The translations under genes were made by a program, and so were the position numbers. A DNA stretch of 64,000 nt from Ylistrum balloti (taxonomy: Eukaryota): assembly GCF_031769215.1 (NCBI RefSeq), contig NW_026781984.1, positions 310,001 through 374,000 on the forward strand, in the 5' to 3' direction. Each line of letters begins with the position of its first letter. The stretch's first letter is position 1. Below the pieces are notes generated by a model. That model was given only the letters and a program-made list of their open reading frames with translations. It had not been told where the DNA came from and did not search any database. This document shows, in pieces, positions 1-14,484 of this stretch.

Positions 1-1642
1 AATATAAAGTGAGACTAGAGTAGGACTAGGCATTTCTGTGACAGTCCAAAATTTCCCCAGTTTTTTTTTTTTTTTTTTTTTAGACGTTAGGGTATAGATT
101 TAGTCAGATCTGTCCTCCCCATATTAGACCTGTTTGGTGATTACTAAAAAGCGAAATTGCACACCCTTATGCCTCGGCCCTACAAGCCCCCTCCCCCTTA
201 GTGTCCTAGGCTCGGTTATAACCGGAACAAGGACGTTAAGCTCAAAAAAAAAAAAAAAAACCTAATTATTGTTGCTTGATGCTTTCGAGACCGATGGGCG
301 AGCATGATTCATTTTGAATACTAAAGATATACAATGTACATTTGATAAATTCTAAACGAGAAATCGTAAAGCCTGCCTCCTTGGCAGTTATCTCCCTTGG
401 ACCTGTTTGCCTATAACCGAGAGTCCACCCGTTGCTGACATGCCTCGTGGTACCATTATTTTGTCACTCGGCAGTTACATCACTCCATTTTGATATCTCA
501 GAGTTACTGCCCTTTGTTTCACTCTTTCAGTGGTATAACTATCAACGTGACCCGCCGATGTGGGCGGACAATGCATCACTTAGGCCTGGAGTTCAACTTA
601 CTCTTTTGCCCTTGATCTTAGTAACATATACATTGAAGAGAGATGTTTTACCTCTTCACTGGGGTTTTTATGAAATAAATTGACCAAGTCTACAAAAAGG
701 AATGAAGTATAGGTAGAAATGGCCAGATAGACATTTCCCTGTCCGGTTGACACATACTCTTGTCTCTAACGGGCACCTTAATAACTATACCGAAATCGCA
801 AGATCAAAACTTGTGGCGGTATACAGTACCCGTGACCGACCTTGTCAACATGTCGTATCGTTTGATGTTGTCAGGTCTCGTGCGTTGTAGAATTTCCACA
901 TTTACATTACGGCTTTCACTTTCTAAATATTGACCGCCATGTTTTATTTTTCAGCCCGGCTCCCAAAAACCAAGTGTTGTAATTTCTAGGGTATGTCTGA
1001 AATCCAACATGGCCGCCATCTTGAAAAAACATTTTAAAACTTTAGTCCAGTTCCACTGGTGCCATTGAGCTAAATTGGTGGGAATGTTAAGAAAAGGTTA
1101 TCAACAAAGTGTTGTTTTTCAACCTTGTCAACTGCAACTACGGAGGCCATTTTGTAATATGATTGCTGTAACCAGATGGCTTATGGGAAAATGGTGTTCC
1201 AGCTAACTATTTATTTTAAAAATAGTTCAAACACTTTGCAATACAGTCAAACCTCACTTGATTCTAACTCAAATGTAGACCTAAACCAGCTTTATATGAA
1301 AAAAACCCATTCCAACACTTTCCTTTATTCTCCTGTTTATTTGAAACATTTATACATTGCTCGAGCGTTTCATTATAAGCGGATCCTGCATGAATGCAGA
1401 ACAGTCCTAGACACGCTTTAGTTATATTTCCGTACGACTTTCAAACGCTGATAGGCTGCAGTTTTGATGCAAATACAAAAAAAAAACTTATCGTTTAATT
1501 TTTGTTTTTGTTATAGTTTTCATTTTGTTATATACATTTTTTACACTTAAAGTATATCTTACAAATTTAAATTGTAATTAATAACAACGACAAAAAAAAA
1601 AAAAAAAAAAAATTCCCGCGCACTTCCATCTCATCCTTCGCC

Positions 1643-2519
1643 ATGACAGTAACAAGTTTAGTGATTTTGTTGAGCGTATGTCTTCACGGTATACCATTGC
1701 AGTCTCTGCTAGATGAATTTAGTTTGACGTTTGTTAGGAATGACGTTACGTGTAAGTTGACTTCAAGTCATGAAGTCTTCTATTTGAGGACAATGCCTGC
1801 AAGTTATTCCAATCTGGTTATTTTGGATTGGTGTGCACAGTGCACATTACATGTTCTGCCGCAGGATCATCCGATCACATTGACGTTTTTCCCTCTGTCG
1901 ACTGTGAACAGATCACAGGAGGGGAAAGTCTAAATCTTCCACAGTGTGTAAGTATTTTTTTTTTTTTAACTTTGTCAAATTTATGCTAATCTAGTGGGAA
2001 AATAGGTCAATAACCCATACACTGAAATATCTCCAAGCTGAATTTTCTCGCTTTTTAGTTCAGTCACTTTTACATTCAGGTTTACTCTGATTATTTCTAT
2101 GGTGTATAGAAACACGTTATGAAAAACTAACATGATGATGACAACACCAAACATAAAGCAAACGTTTATGTTTTATTAGAGTTTTAATGATGTTAACTGT
2201 TGAAGTGAAATATGTATATGTCAAATTGATAGCTTTATGTATCACAATAAAGCGATGTATTAATTGTAATAAGTCGAAGGTTAACAAGCAGAAATGAAAA
2301 AAAACAACTGGTTTTATTTCACTTCTAGACATGACATTTCTTTAAATGACTGGTTGTTAATAGAATGTAAAACAAATACAGCATTATATTGGAACAACAT
2401 GTGGAAAATTTGTTAATGAATACCCATTTTACTCCTAGAGCAACAAAGATGAATCCTCATCTATGATCCGGACTTCTACTATAGAACTATCCTCAACAGC
2501 CCCAACAACCCCATCTCGG
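1643..2519 (+). CDS. Putative first exons of a spliced, secreted or membrane protein gene (about 1643-1947 and 2439-2519); possibly frameshifted
   Basis: ATG in gccATGa context followed by a hydrophobic leader (MTVTSLVILLSVCLHG). GTAAGT donors at 1752 and 1948. A second frame is open from about 1774 to 1947 and ends in phase 0. Acceptor ttttactcctAG at 2437-2438 opens an 81-bp phase-0 Ser/Thr-rich exon (SNKDESSSMIRTSTIELSSTAPTTPSR) with a weak GT donor. No family recognised. Confidence 0.3.
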
Positions 2520-3663
2520 GTAGTATGATAATGTTTAAAATGTACATATCTTTTAATGTGATTAAAATGTTAATTTAATATTTTCGTGTTTTGTATTCAC
2601 TTACCTAATGAAGCCATATTGATACTGTTCATTGATGTTACCCCGCTATGTTGTACTATCCTTATGTTATACAAAAGATCAGCAACAACCGTTCTCAAGT
2701 ACAAATGTTGAGTATTAACACAAGTTACAACAATGATAACATGTATGGCCTGAGTATCGAGCTTAACAAGTTACTCCTTCCACAGCCACACCAGGACTGA
2801 CTCTATTTGCTGTGATCTTACAGTTTATCCTAAAGCAATTATAATCTAATTCTGATAGGGAAAGTGTCTTCTACTGATCTACAATTAAACCGTGACCAGT
2901 TAATGTCTCCATGCTGGAGAGCATGTCCAGCCAATGTTTCACGGCATGATTCTGACACTAAGGTGACCGCAATTAAACTATCTGTCTGATAAGCCAGCCA
3001 GTCACATTAAGATTTAACACAAATTATGTTCTACACTTGAGTGACAAATTTCACTATTAACAATTGACATAAAATGAAGTCGTGTGCGTGTGTGACATAT
3101 GACAATATTTAAATGGTATCAGGTGTCATATTGACTATTTTGACATTATATAGATGTCTGACTTACTTCATCACATTCCTTTGTCAAAAACGAGCTCCTT
3201 GGTCAGTGATGGAGACATATTGTGCCCACTACAATATTCCCAATAGCTCTTTTTCGATCTCATTTTCATATTTAGTAGATCCAGCCCTTATTGTCCATAT
3301 TGTATACTTCCACACATGCAATTCAAAAATTTCTTTCAGTTCTTTGTTCACTTCTTCTTTCTCTGTGACTTTCTCAATTACGACTTGTTTATATATTTTT
3401 TCCATAATTTCAACTGGTAGGTTCTCCATTATCACAAGAAAAAATATTGAGTTGAACATTAATGTTTATTTATACTGAATGACTTGAATTGGAGCAGGAT
3501 GACAAAAATATGTATTCAAATCTAGATAGGTGAGTGAAAGGTGTTCTTAATTTATATTATAATGTTATCTGACATTGACGATCTGACACTGTGAATTGAC
3601 AATAAAACTTTTATTTCACAGACTATTTATAAATGTCTTCGCTCTTGACTTGATCAACGTATG

Positions 3664-5924
3664 CTTAAACCATTGATTTGGCAATAAAAATCACATGCTT
3701 GAGCTGTTGCTCTGACAATAACAATCACCTGCTCGAGCCGTTGCTCTGACAATAACAATCGCCCGCTTGAGCCATTGATTTGACAATAACAATCGCCTGC
3801 TTGAGCCATTGATTTGACAATAACAATCGCCTGCTTGAGCCATTGATTTGACAATAACAATCACCTGCTTGAGCCGTTGCTCTGACAATAACAATCGCCC
3901 GCTTGAGCCATTGATTTGACAATAACAATCGCCCGCTTGAGCCATTGATTTGACAATAACAATCGCCCGCTTGAGCCATTGATTTGACAATAACAATCAC
4001 CTGCTTGAGCCGTTGCTCTGACAATAACAATCGCCCGCTTGAGCCATTGATTTGACAATAACAATCACCTGCTTGAGCCATTGATTTGACAATAACAATC
4101 ACCTGCTTGAGCCGTTGATTTGACAATAACAATCACCTGCTTGAGCCGTTGCTCTGACAATAACAATCGCCCGCTTGAGCCATTGATTTGACAATAACAA
4201 TCACCTGCTTGAGCCATTGATTTGACAATAACAATCACCTGCTTGAGCCGTTGCTCTGACAATAACAATCGCCCGCTTGAGCCATTGATTTGACAATAAC
4301 AATCACCTGCTTGAGCCATTGATTTGACAATAACAATCACCTGCTTGAGCCGTTGCTCTGACAATAACAATCGCCCGTTTGAGCCATTGATTTGACAATA
4401 ACAATCACCCGCTTGAGCCATTGATTTGACAATAACAATCACCTGCTTGAGCCATTGATTTGACAATAACAATCACCTGCTTGAGCCGTTGATTTGACAA
4501 TAACAATCACCTGCTTGAGCCATTGATTTGACAATAACAATCGCCTGCTTGAGCCATTGATTTGACAATAACAATCACCTGCTTGAGCCGTTGCTCTGAC
4601 AATAACAATCGCCCGCTTGAGCCATTGATTTGACAATAACAATCACCTGCTTGAGCCGTTGATTTGACAATAACAATCGCCTGCTTGAGCCATTGATTTG
4701 ACAATAACAATCACCTGCTTGAGCCGTTGCTCTGACAATAACAATCGCCCGCTTGAGCCATTGATTTGACAATAACAATCGCCCGCTTGAGCCATTGATT
4801 TGACAATAACAATCATCTGCTTGAGCCATTGATTTGACAATAACAATCGCCTGCTTGAGCCATTGATTTGACAATAACAATCACCTGCTTGAGCCGTTGC
4901 TCTGACAATAACAATCGCCCGCTTGAGCCATTGATTTGACAATAACAATCACCTGCTTGAGCCATTGATTTGACAATAACAATCACCTGCTTGAGCCGTT
5001 GCTCTGACAATAACAATCGCCCGCATGAGCCATTGATTTGACAATAACAATCACCTGCTTGAGCCGTTGCTCTGACAATAACAATCGCCCGCTTGAGCCA
5101 TTGATTTGACAATAACAATCGCCCGCTTGAGCCGTTGCTCTGACAATAACAATCGCCCGCTTGAGCCATTGATTTGACAATAACAATCACCTGCTTGAGC
5201 CGTTGCTCTGACAATAACAATCGCCCGCTTGAGCCATTGATTTGACAATAACAATCACCCGCTTGAGCCATTGATTTGACAATAACAATCGCCCGCTTGA
5301 GCCATTGATTTGACAATAACAATCGCCCGCTTGAGCCATTGATTTGACAATAACAATCGCCCGCTTGAGCCATTGATTTGACAATAACAATCGCCCGCTT
5401 GAGCCATTGATTTGACAATAACAATCGCCCGCTTGAGCCATTGATTTGACAATAACAATCACCTGCTTGAGCCGTTGCTCTGACAATAACAATCGCCCGC
5501 TTGAGCCATTGATTTGACAATAACAATCACCTGCTTGAGCCATTGATTTGACAATAACAATCGCCCGCTTGAGCCATTGATTTGACAATAACAATCGCCC
5601 GCTTGAGCCATTGATTTGACAATAACAATCGCCCGCTTGAGCCGTTGCTCTGACAATAACAATCGCCCGCTTGAGCCGTTGCTCTGACAATAACAATCGC
5701 CCGCTTGAGCCATTGATTTGACAATAACAATCACCTGCTTGAGCCATTGATTTGACAATAACAATCGCCCGCTTGAGCCATTGATTTGACAATAACAATC
5801 ACCTGCTTGAGCCATTGATTTGACAATAACAATCGCCCGCTTGAGCCGTTGATTTGACAATAACAATCGCCCGCTTGAGCCGTTGATTTGACAATAACAA
5901 TCACCTGCTTGAGCCATTGATTTG
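3664..5924. repeat. 34-bp tandem minisatellite, about 66 copies
   Basis: Unit CTTGAGCCATTGATTTGACAATAACAATCACCTG, with variant CTTGAGCCGTTGCTCTGACAATAACAATCGCCCG; head-to-tail, no spacers. Confidence 0.97.
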
Positions 5925-6139
5925 AGCTTCACTGCGTATGAATAACCAAAATAAGCAAACATCATTCAGAGCTGATTTTACTGGAGTTGTGATATGATCT
6001 TAACTGTAACACAAATCACATTGATCAGTCCCCGGTAGCTCAAAAACAGTATGTGTTACATATCTGTTGTACGCCTACAGTAAACTTCAGTTGGTGAAGT
6101 CTCTTGTGCCTACTCAAACTCAATATAACTTATCTTTAC

Positions 6140-6498
6140 AGATATGATCAAATACCCGGCACCACATCCCTTCTGTACAACCCACACACAAACACTATAC
6201 CTACTACATACCGACACAAGCCTATATCCGGCACCACATCCTTCCTATACAAACACACAAACACTATACCTACTACATACTGACACAAGCCTATATCCGG
6301 CACCACATCCTTCCTATACAAATACACAAACACTATGACTAATACATACCGACACAAGCCTATATCCGGCACCACGTCCTTCCTATACACCCACACACAA
6401 ACACTATACCTACTACATACCGACACAAGCCTATATCCGGCACCACATCCTTCCTATACAAATACACAAACACTATGACTAATACATACCGACACAAG
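6140..6498. repeat. About 71-bp tandem repeat, left block
   Basis: Unit ATACCGACACAAGCCTATATCYGGCACCACATCCTTCCTATACACCCACACACAAACACTATACCTAATAC, length varying with the CA tract. Confidence 0.93.
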
Positions 6499-6892
6499 TA
6501 TAATATTATGTCGCTTCTTGTAGTGTAGATGAAGATTTTGTAGTTGTTAATGTTTTCAGGCAATGACAATCAAAACTGTGTTGTAGGGCGTTGATGTTGT
6601 TTAATTAATATAGTGTAAGGTGTATACTGTTGAGTAGACAACCCAAAGTATCGACTGCGAATCACCAAACTCTGTGTCGAATTTATACATCGGTTCTATA
6701 ATATTCAACATCTTAATAGATAAAGACAATTGACCAGAAGAATTACTTAATGGTATTAAACTCTACGTGACCGACACGCATTACTATCATGTATTAAATG
6801 TATAAACACAGGTGTTGACGTTTGAGATATAAGGGTATATTGACCACAGAGTTTATGTAACAATATGATGCAATATTTAAAGGTCCATGCTC

Positions 6893-8310
6893 TATGACTA
6901 ATACATACCGACACATGCCTATATCTGGCACCACATCCTTCCTATACACACACAAACACTATACCTAATACATACCGACACAAGCCTATATCCGGCACCA
7001 CATCCTTCCTATACACCCACACAAACACTATACCAAATACATACCGACACAAGCCTAAATCAGGCACCACATCCTTCCTATACACCCATACACAAACACT
7101 ATACCAAATACATACCGACACAAGCCTAAATCTGGCACCACATCCTTCCTATACACCCACACACAAACACTATACAAAATACATACCGACACAAGCCTAA
7201 ATCTGGCACCACATCCTTCCTATACACCCACACACAAACACTATACCAAATACATACCGACACAAGCCTAACTCTGGCACCACATCCTTCCTATACACCC
7301 ACACACAAACACTATACCAAATACATACCGACACATGCCTATATCCGGCACTACATCCTTCCTATACACCCATACAAACATTATGACTAATACATACCGA
7401 CACAAGCCTATATCCGGCACCACGTCCTTCCTATACACCCACACACAAACACTATACCTAATACATACCGACACAAGCCTATACCTGGCACCACATCCTT
7501 CCTATACACCCACACACAAACACTATGACTAATACATACCGACACAAACCTATATCTGGCACCACATCCTTCCTACACACCCACACACAAACACTATACC
7601 TAATACATACCGACACAAGCCTATATCTGGCACCACATCCTTCCTATACATACACAAACACTATACCTAATACATACCGACACAAGCCTATATCCGGCAC
7701 CACATCCTTCCTATACACACACAAACACTATGACTAATACATACCGACACAAGCCTATATCTGGCACCACATCCTTCCTATACACCCACACACAAACACT
7801 ATACCTAATACATACCGACACAAGCCTATATCTGGCACCACATCCTTCCTATACACCCACACACAAACACTATACCAAATACATACCGACACAAGCCTAT
7901 ATCTGGCACCACATCCTTCCTATATACACACAAACACTACGACTAATACATACCGACACAAGCCTATATCTGGCACCACATCCTTCCTTTACACCCACAC
8001 ACAAACACTACACCTAATACATACCGACACAAGCCTATATCTGGCACCACATCCTTCCTTTACACCCACACACAAACACTACACCTAATACATACCGACA
8101 CAAGCCTATATCCAGCACCACATCCTTCATATACACCCACACAAACACTATACCTAATACATACCGACACAAGCCTATATCCGGCACCACATCCTTCCTA
8201 TACACACACACAAACACTATGACTAATAAATACCGACACAAGCCTATATCTGGCACCACATCCTTCCTATACACACACACAAACACTATGACAAATACAC
8301 ACCGACACAA
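6893..8310. repeat. About 71-bp tandem repeat, right block (about 20 copies)
   Basis: Same unit as 6140-6498 (period 71 between 7741 and 7812); separated from the left block by about 390 bp of unique sequence. Confidence 0.95.
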
Positions 8311-11300
8311 GGCTATATGTTGCACTTCATCCTGCCTGTAGTGTGAGTTTAACATGGAGTTAAATCATTCAGGCTACTCTTATTTGCTAACGTTGTCGTC
8401 CTGCTGCCACAGACATAAAGCAGAAAGCACATCTTTAGTGGAACCCTTTGTCACCAAGAGTTTTCTAAAATACAAAAAGTTCCTACAAAAATTGTTTATG
8501 GAAAATAATAAGTAGATAGTAAAATATTTAGCTTCCATTCACAATTTTATTGTATCTTTAGCTACGTATTCTTACTTAAACGAGCAGTTGGAAGATCAAA
8601 AACACCACCGAAGGTTACTTAGCACTCCATTAGTGATTGGTAAAGATAGTACGGCAGATTAAGCTTGCTTACTTAATTTGCATATGCGCCATCTTGGTTT
8701 TTTTAACATACTATAAAGGTATAGCAGGAGAAAAGAGTGCATTACTAAAATGTACAGGGCCGGCCACATTTCATCGGTCAATTATTTCACCTGACACCGT
8801 TCTGTATGCAGTGATAAAAACAATCATGATGTTATTTTTATGAGGTTCCCACGAGAATCACAAAATACCGGAACGGTGTCAGGTGAAATAATTGCGTTAT
8901 GTTATCTTTGTCGTCATGTTACGAAATGGCATGATATTGACACCGTTTTCGATGACTTTGGATGACATTACCGAGTTGTATCCTTCGAGAACGGCAAGTT
9001 TCACCGTATGTAGTATACAGAACCGACTCTATGTTTTCATATTCCGGAAACAAAACCAAATAAGACGCAGATTTACAGGTTCCTGAGAACTTTGAAATGG
9101 TTAATAATGCATATGTGCTCAAACGTTGATGACGTCAGCTACGGGGTAACTAGGCTTATATCTTGCATGAACAGTATGATGAAAACAAAAATTTTCAATA
9201 GGTATTCTGAACCCGGTGTCACCGTTCAACCGTTTTTCACAATTATAATTAGATTACTACCGCCAGGCTATCAGAGGGGATATCACAATTAACGCTTGTA
9301 AAGTTACAGTTAATACTATTGCACAAATACAACTGCCGAATAAATAACATAAATTTACATGCTCATGCATCAAACTGCATAGACATCATTTTACATTTTC
9401 CCCAAAAAAATAAGAGCAAAAAATGTACCCTCCTACTGCCTGCTTTAATGCTTGCCGCATTGTGATGACGTCACAAATATTTTGATGTTATTACTTCATG
9501 AATATTAATTATTCAGGTTAATTAATTAAAAACAACAAGAATTACGTAAAACAGCATACTTTAATGTGTCGGGTTTTTATATCGATGGAGTGTTACAGAG
9601 CAGCCCTGTCGGGTTACTTAAAATGAAGACGATGAAAGTCCAACCCATGTTCAGTTTTTTTTTTTTTAAATAAGTCTAAGCATCAGTATTCTTCACAACA
9701 AGTCCGGAATTTGAGAGAGGGCGGATGAGGCACCGACAGTCAATACACTCTCTTTAGACACTCTAGCCACTATCTGTACTCCCCTCCCCCCTCCCCCCGC
9801 CCCCCGCCCCCCGCCCCCACTCTTAACTCTCTCTCGGGTCGTATTTATACTACCTAGTTTCATTAGCAATGGTCAAGTAATTAATTTTAGTGGACCATCT
9901 GACCGATTCATAAGCTATGGTCAAGCAATTGATTACAGTGAAATGCTATTTGTCCACGGTCAGTTTGTATGTTTGTATACACCATTCAAGGGTCGAAGTA
10001 TACGGAAACTGTGAATGATGATTCTCTCTATAAACCTGATGAATAAGAAAAAGTGTAAAGAATGACCATCGCCGTCAGTTTCATAACCGGCATAATACGT
10101 GAGACTCCAAAGACAAAGTATTTTACAAACTAGAATAATTGATCAGGAGCGGCATTCTCTGTCGCCGTCAAGGAACAGAGGAATTAATTTTGTTATACAT
10201 TAAACGATAACTGACGCAGAACTGTTTCACACTGTTTAGACCTTATTTTGTAACACATGGCTACAGTGTAATCTAATCATTGCTATTTAAGTCCACATAA
10301 TTACATCTTTAATAAAGACATATAACTTTACATATACGTTTAAGTTATTATCATATATAAATATTTATTACAAAACGACACCACAATAGATGTATAAATA
10401 CCATTTAAATCATCATTATTTGTTTATTATTAAATGTGTTCGTAATAACATACCAGAAAAGAGCAGGAGAGGCACCATGACGCAGTCAGTATTGTGTTTC
10501 CGTGGGAGTATGTTACGAAAACAATTACGTTGTGTTGAAACATTTTAACTGAATGAACTGAATTAGCCAATTGATGACGTCACCGTTTAGTTATTACATA
10601 TTTAACTGAACTGAACATCACCTATAACTGAAGCAATTGCAAATATATGGCACATTCTCCATTTCTAAAATTGTTGTCGTAGACGTGTGTTTCCACCACT
10701 GAAACACGAATTTATTGATCACGTGGAAAAAGGTATGTAAATTTATTTATTTATAATAAAAACTTGGCTCAAACCATTCTGGTCTACATGATTTGTTGTG
10801 AACGTTGCGATATTGTGATTCTGTAGTTAGTCGCCTTTATTCTGTACACATATCGTTTTAGTTATTGCTTTGTAAGAGCGACCCTCAGCATCAGTATCTT
10901 CATGGTAAACAAACGTAATTCTGATACCCCAGAGATACTACCCTCCGTTTCACTAGGTCAGCTGGTATAGTGATAAAAGTGTCGAAAGTAAAAAAGGAAG
11001 GTTTTTTTTCTTGTATATGTCATATTGTCTGTTGACTATCTGTTCGTCATCAACGTGAAATAAATAATTAAAAAAATAAAAAGTATAATGTGGAATTATT
11101 TGATAAACTATTGTTATAGCTAAGCTTCCATTGATGTCAAGGTTTCTGACACTGAATATTGACTGATGAGAAAAACTGTGCCCGTTTAACCGTACATTAC
11201 TACCTGTATACCTTGTGTCCACGTTAGGAAGGTGTAATAACGGAATTTTGATAGAAAATCGAAATTGTTCCCCAGGTGAGATTTAACCAACCAACCGAAT

Positions 11301-12089
11301 CAAATGACGACAAAGGCTGTCACTATTAAATCCAGATTCTACACAAATGTGTTCCAATTACACTACAACGTATGTGGGACCCACCTGTGGTAGATAATAT
11401 GAACCAATCGTGCCTATACGTCTGTATCGTGGGTATATATACCTTCAATTGTTTCTTTTCAAATGTTGTGACCACGACACACTCCAGTCATGTAAATCAC
11501 CGCAGACATTTCAGCTTCGTCAAGTTTTCTGTAAAAACTTTAAAAAGTTGTAGATCGCTCTGGTACACATACTTGAGCCAAAATAATTTCAGATCTGATG
11601 TAAATTTCTTTTCTCTGATTAAATTTCTTTTTATTTATTCTTTGTTTCCAGCTGATTTAGATACAATATCAAAATTTGCTACTCCAGTGGTTAGACCGAC
11701 TATAAACGCTTTTTATTTTTAATAGAGAATGATAGGATTTTATGTTTATATGTCTCCTGATGACTTACATAATTTGTATCACAAATACCCTCTCAGCACG
11801 ATCCAACAAAACGGACAGCACCAGCTTTAATGACTAAAACTACGGATACAAACACGATATTGACGAAATATACCCCACAATCATTATCCTGTGTATGGCC
11901 ATGTGTCTGTCAAACGTATCAATGGAATTAGTCGCGTATCTCCATTGTTGCCAGTCCACACGGTACTGATAACACTCCGTAGTAATATGCACCCTTCAAT
12001 TTAAAGATTCCAAACGAATTCCAACTTTAATATTTAAATAATGTCAGGATATGATATATAAACTTTCTAGAGTACAACAATGACGAAAC

Positions 12090-12279
12090 AAGCTTTAAGC
12101 TTATATGAATTACTCTTGGTGGCCCGAATGTAAGGGCACGAGGGGTTTGACAGTTGGAGGAAACCGGAGAACCCACGTGGTCAGGCAGGTGACCCAAGAC
12201 CTTTTCACGTCCGTTCCGGGAATCGAAGCCCGGACGCTTTGGATTGAAGGCGAGTGCGTTACCACTGCGCCATCCGACC
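12090..12279 (-). mobile_element. tRNA-derived SINE, V-SINE-like
   Basis: Minus strand starts GGTCGGATGGCGCAGTGGTAACGCACTCGCC (A box), then GGGCTTCGATTCCC (B box) and GTGGGTTCTCCGGTTTCCTCC; homologous to copies at 32108 and 59840. Confidence 0.85.
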
Positions 12280-13299
12280 AGCAGGATATATCAATACATG
12301 TTTTATGTGTGACAACATTTCTGTAAAATACAATTTTTTATCGAATTTCTACAAATTTAACAGTGACCATCTTATCCTGAATCACCACAGATCTATCACA
12401 TATGAAATTTATCTCATGAGATCGCATTCCTGACAATTTTGTCACGCATGGTTGAATTAGTATGTAGAATGATATGTACATTCTGACTTACGTGACTATA
12501 ATTTCCAATTTGTTCACTTTTCACTTGAACGTAAATGATTTAACATATAAAACTCAACAACTGTATATAGAAGTGGTCCGGAATTGTTATCGAGATTCCA
12601 TTTTTAGTTTTATAAAAGCCATACCGTCCTACATGTGTCTGTAATTGACAGCTGAATCTACTGGGGTCACACCAGGCTATCTATTGTAAACAGTGAAAGT
12701 TTAAAGTGTATATTGACAGGTGGACGAACGTTGTGTTCAACAGACACTGTTACTTGTTAAATACACAGCTAAATTAAACTTTATCATATTTCATATGACA
12801 AATATGTGTACACTTATATCAGGCTCCACTCCAAGCATTACCCCTCGGCTGTCCAGGAACGGGTAAAAATAGATAATGCTGATGATATTTATTTTTTCTT
12901 TGTCGGCTGGTGTTGTCGATGAAACTGAAGTTGCTTTCTCTTCAGGAACGCCTGGTCTTATTCTCCTTTTACTTTTTTTCTGGAGTCTCCGTGTAAATCT
13001 TTCTTTTCTTAATGATTTGCCCAAATTTTACAGAATTTGAGTGTAATTATGTTGACATGTTGTACATTGTTTATTTTTTGACACGATGAATACGATATCA
13101 TCTTAGGGGTATTCCCATTTGATGACAGTCAAGTAGTAAACAAATGGACCGAGAAGTAGAACAAAAAAAAACATAAATTGACCATGTTGTGATGGAACCA
13201 CTGTTAATTCTTCATTTGTTTTACCCTGTTTGACAGATTCTTAATAAATATTTTTTATTTGTTTTACGACAACTGCGAAACCAGTTTTCCCATCTTATA

Positions 13300-14484
13300 T
13301 TAATGACTATTGGTGTTGCTAATGTGCTGACTTGAGAGACTTATTGTCTAACGATAGTTCCTCTCTCACCGCACTACACTGTACGGAGGTCACGTGATTG
13401 TTACATTTATCCCATTTGACTGTGCTAAAGGCTTCCTCAAATGTTTTGGGATTGGACAACAACACGAACCGCTTGATATTGTCATCAAATCCTTGAATAA
13501 AACGTCCCTTGATAAGTGTTTGTCTTTGGTCGTGAGGCATTTTGCTATAAGCTCTTGTTAATCCGTGGTGCAAAATCATCAACACTCTCTCCAACTTTCT
13601 GCTTCGCTTGGAATAATGCGCTGTAGTACACAGATTTGAGTTCTGCGGGCATACATCGTCTTGTCAAATTTTGACGTAATTTAGTAAATGACAAATCTTT
13701 GTCCTGTCATAAAAGTCGGCAGTTTTTTTGTGTCATTCCATCCATTGGCCTTCCTGCTGAGACGGTTAAAGTTCTTCATCCAAGAATCAAGGTCACCATC
13801 TAAAAGTTCCGTAAAATATCCCAAGATTTCACATTAATTCTGTTATGTTCCAATCTTTTAGACTGTTCTTCTGCAGTGGCTAATTTCTCATCTATTTCTT
13901 CCCCGTGAATTTTTTGTCATCTTGAATTTTTACACCACTCAACTTTCTGTTTTGAATTCTCATCCCACCGCTGCCACCAAATGTGACGGAGCCTCTACAT
14001 TGCCACTTTTAATAAAATGATTTACTTAAGATTATTTTTCTATTTACAGTTTATTTGCGTCTCCAAAATATGCACAGTTATTTACATCTAATGTTTACAA
14101 AATATCTCTCATCCACGACTCTCAGACTGTGGTCACATCTTTGCTCTCCACTGTCCATATCACAGCTCTTCCCAGTCAGCCTTTCATCGTTCACCTCAAC
14201 GACCACACACCATACTCTGTTTCCACAACACTGTTTAATTTCAATATTCACTGTTTCTCTGTAATTTCCTATTAATTAACTGTCAAGTCTCCATGAATAA
14301 AATCACGTAACTTTCTAAAAAATCACCTTACTAATCTTTAAAACAATAAACATCCACCTCACATTGCTGTGCACGCTCGGATGTACACAGCTCTCTTATC
14401 AGCCAATTACTTTGATTCACCGGGCACTCTAGCTGTCTCTCTGCCTAAATGCCCCCTTACTCTCAAAGATAACACTCTTTCACA
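13300..14484 (-). mobile_element. Truncated Ty3/Gypsy-like LTR retrotransposon: 5' LTR (13982-14484), PBS and decayed gag
   Basis: LTR has TGTGA...TCACA ends. PBS TGGTGGCAGCGGTGGGAT (13962-13979) is complementary to a tRNA-Leu 3' end. Broken gag-like peptides DGDLDSWMKNFNRLSRKANGW and GRFIQGFDDNIKRFVLLSNPKTFEEA. No pol or 3' LTR seen. Confidence 0.75.

Noticed and set aside
3654-5965. Many overlapping Cys-containing ORFs (MLLSNQWLK...) and a CRISPR-like look
   Set aside because: These are translations of a 34-bp unit (not a multiple of 3), and there are no unique spacers or cas genes.
6144-8355. ORFs such as YPAPHPSYT and YRKDVVPDIGLC
   Set aside because: Products of the 71-bp tandem repeat on both strands.
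8755-9608. hAT-like CAGGGC...GCCCTG ends
   Set aside because: Only a 6-bp match and no 8-bp TSD.
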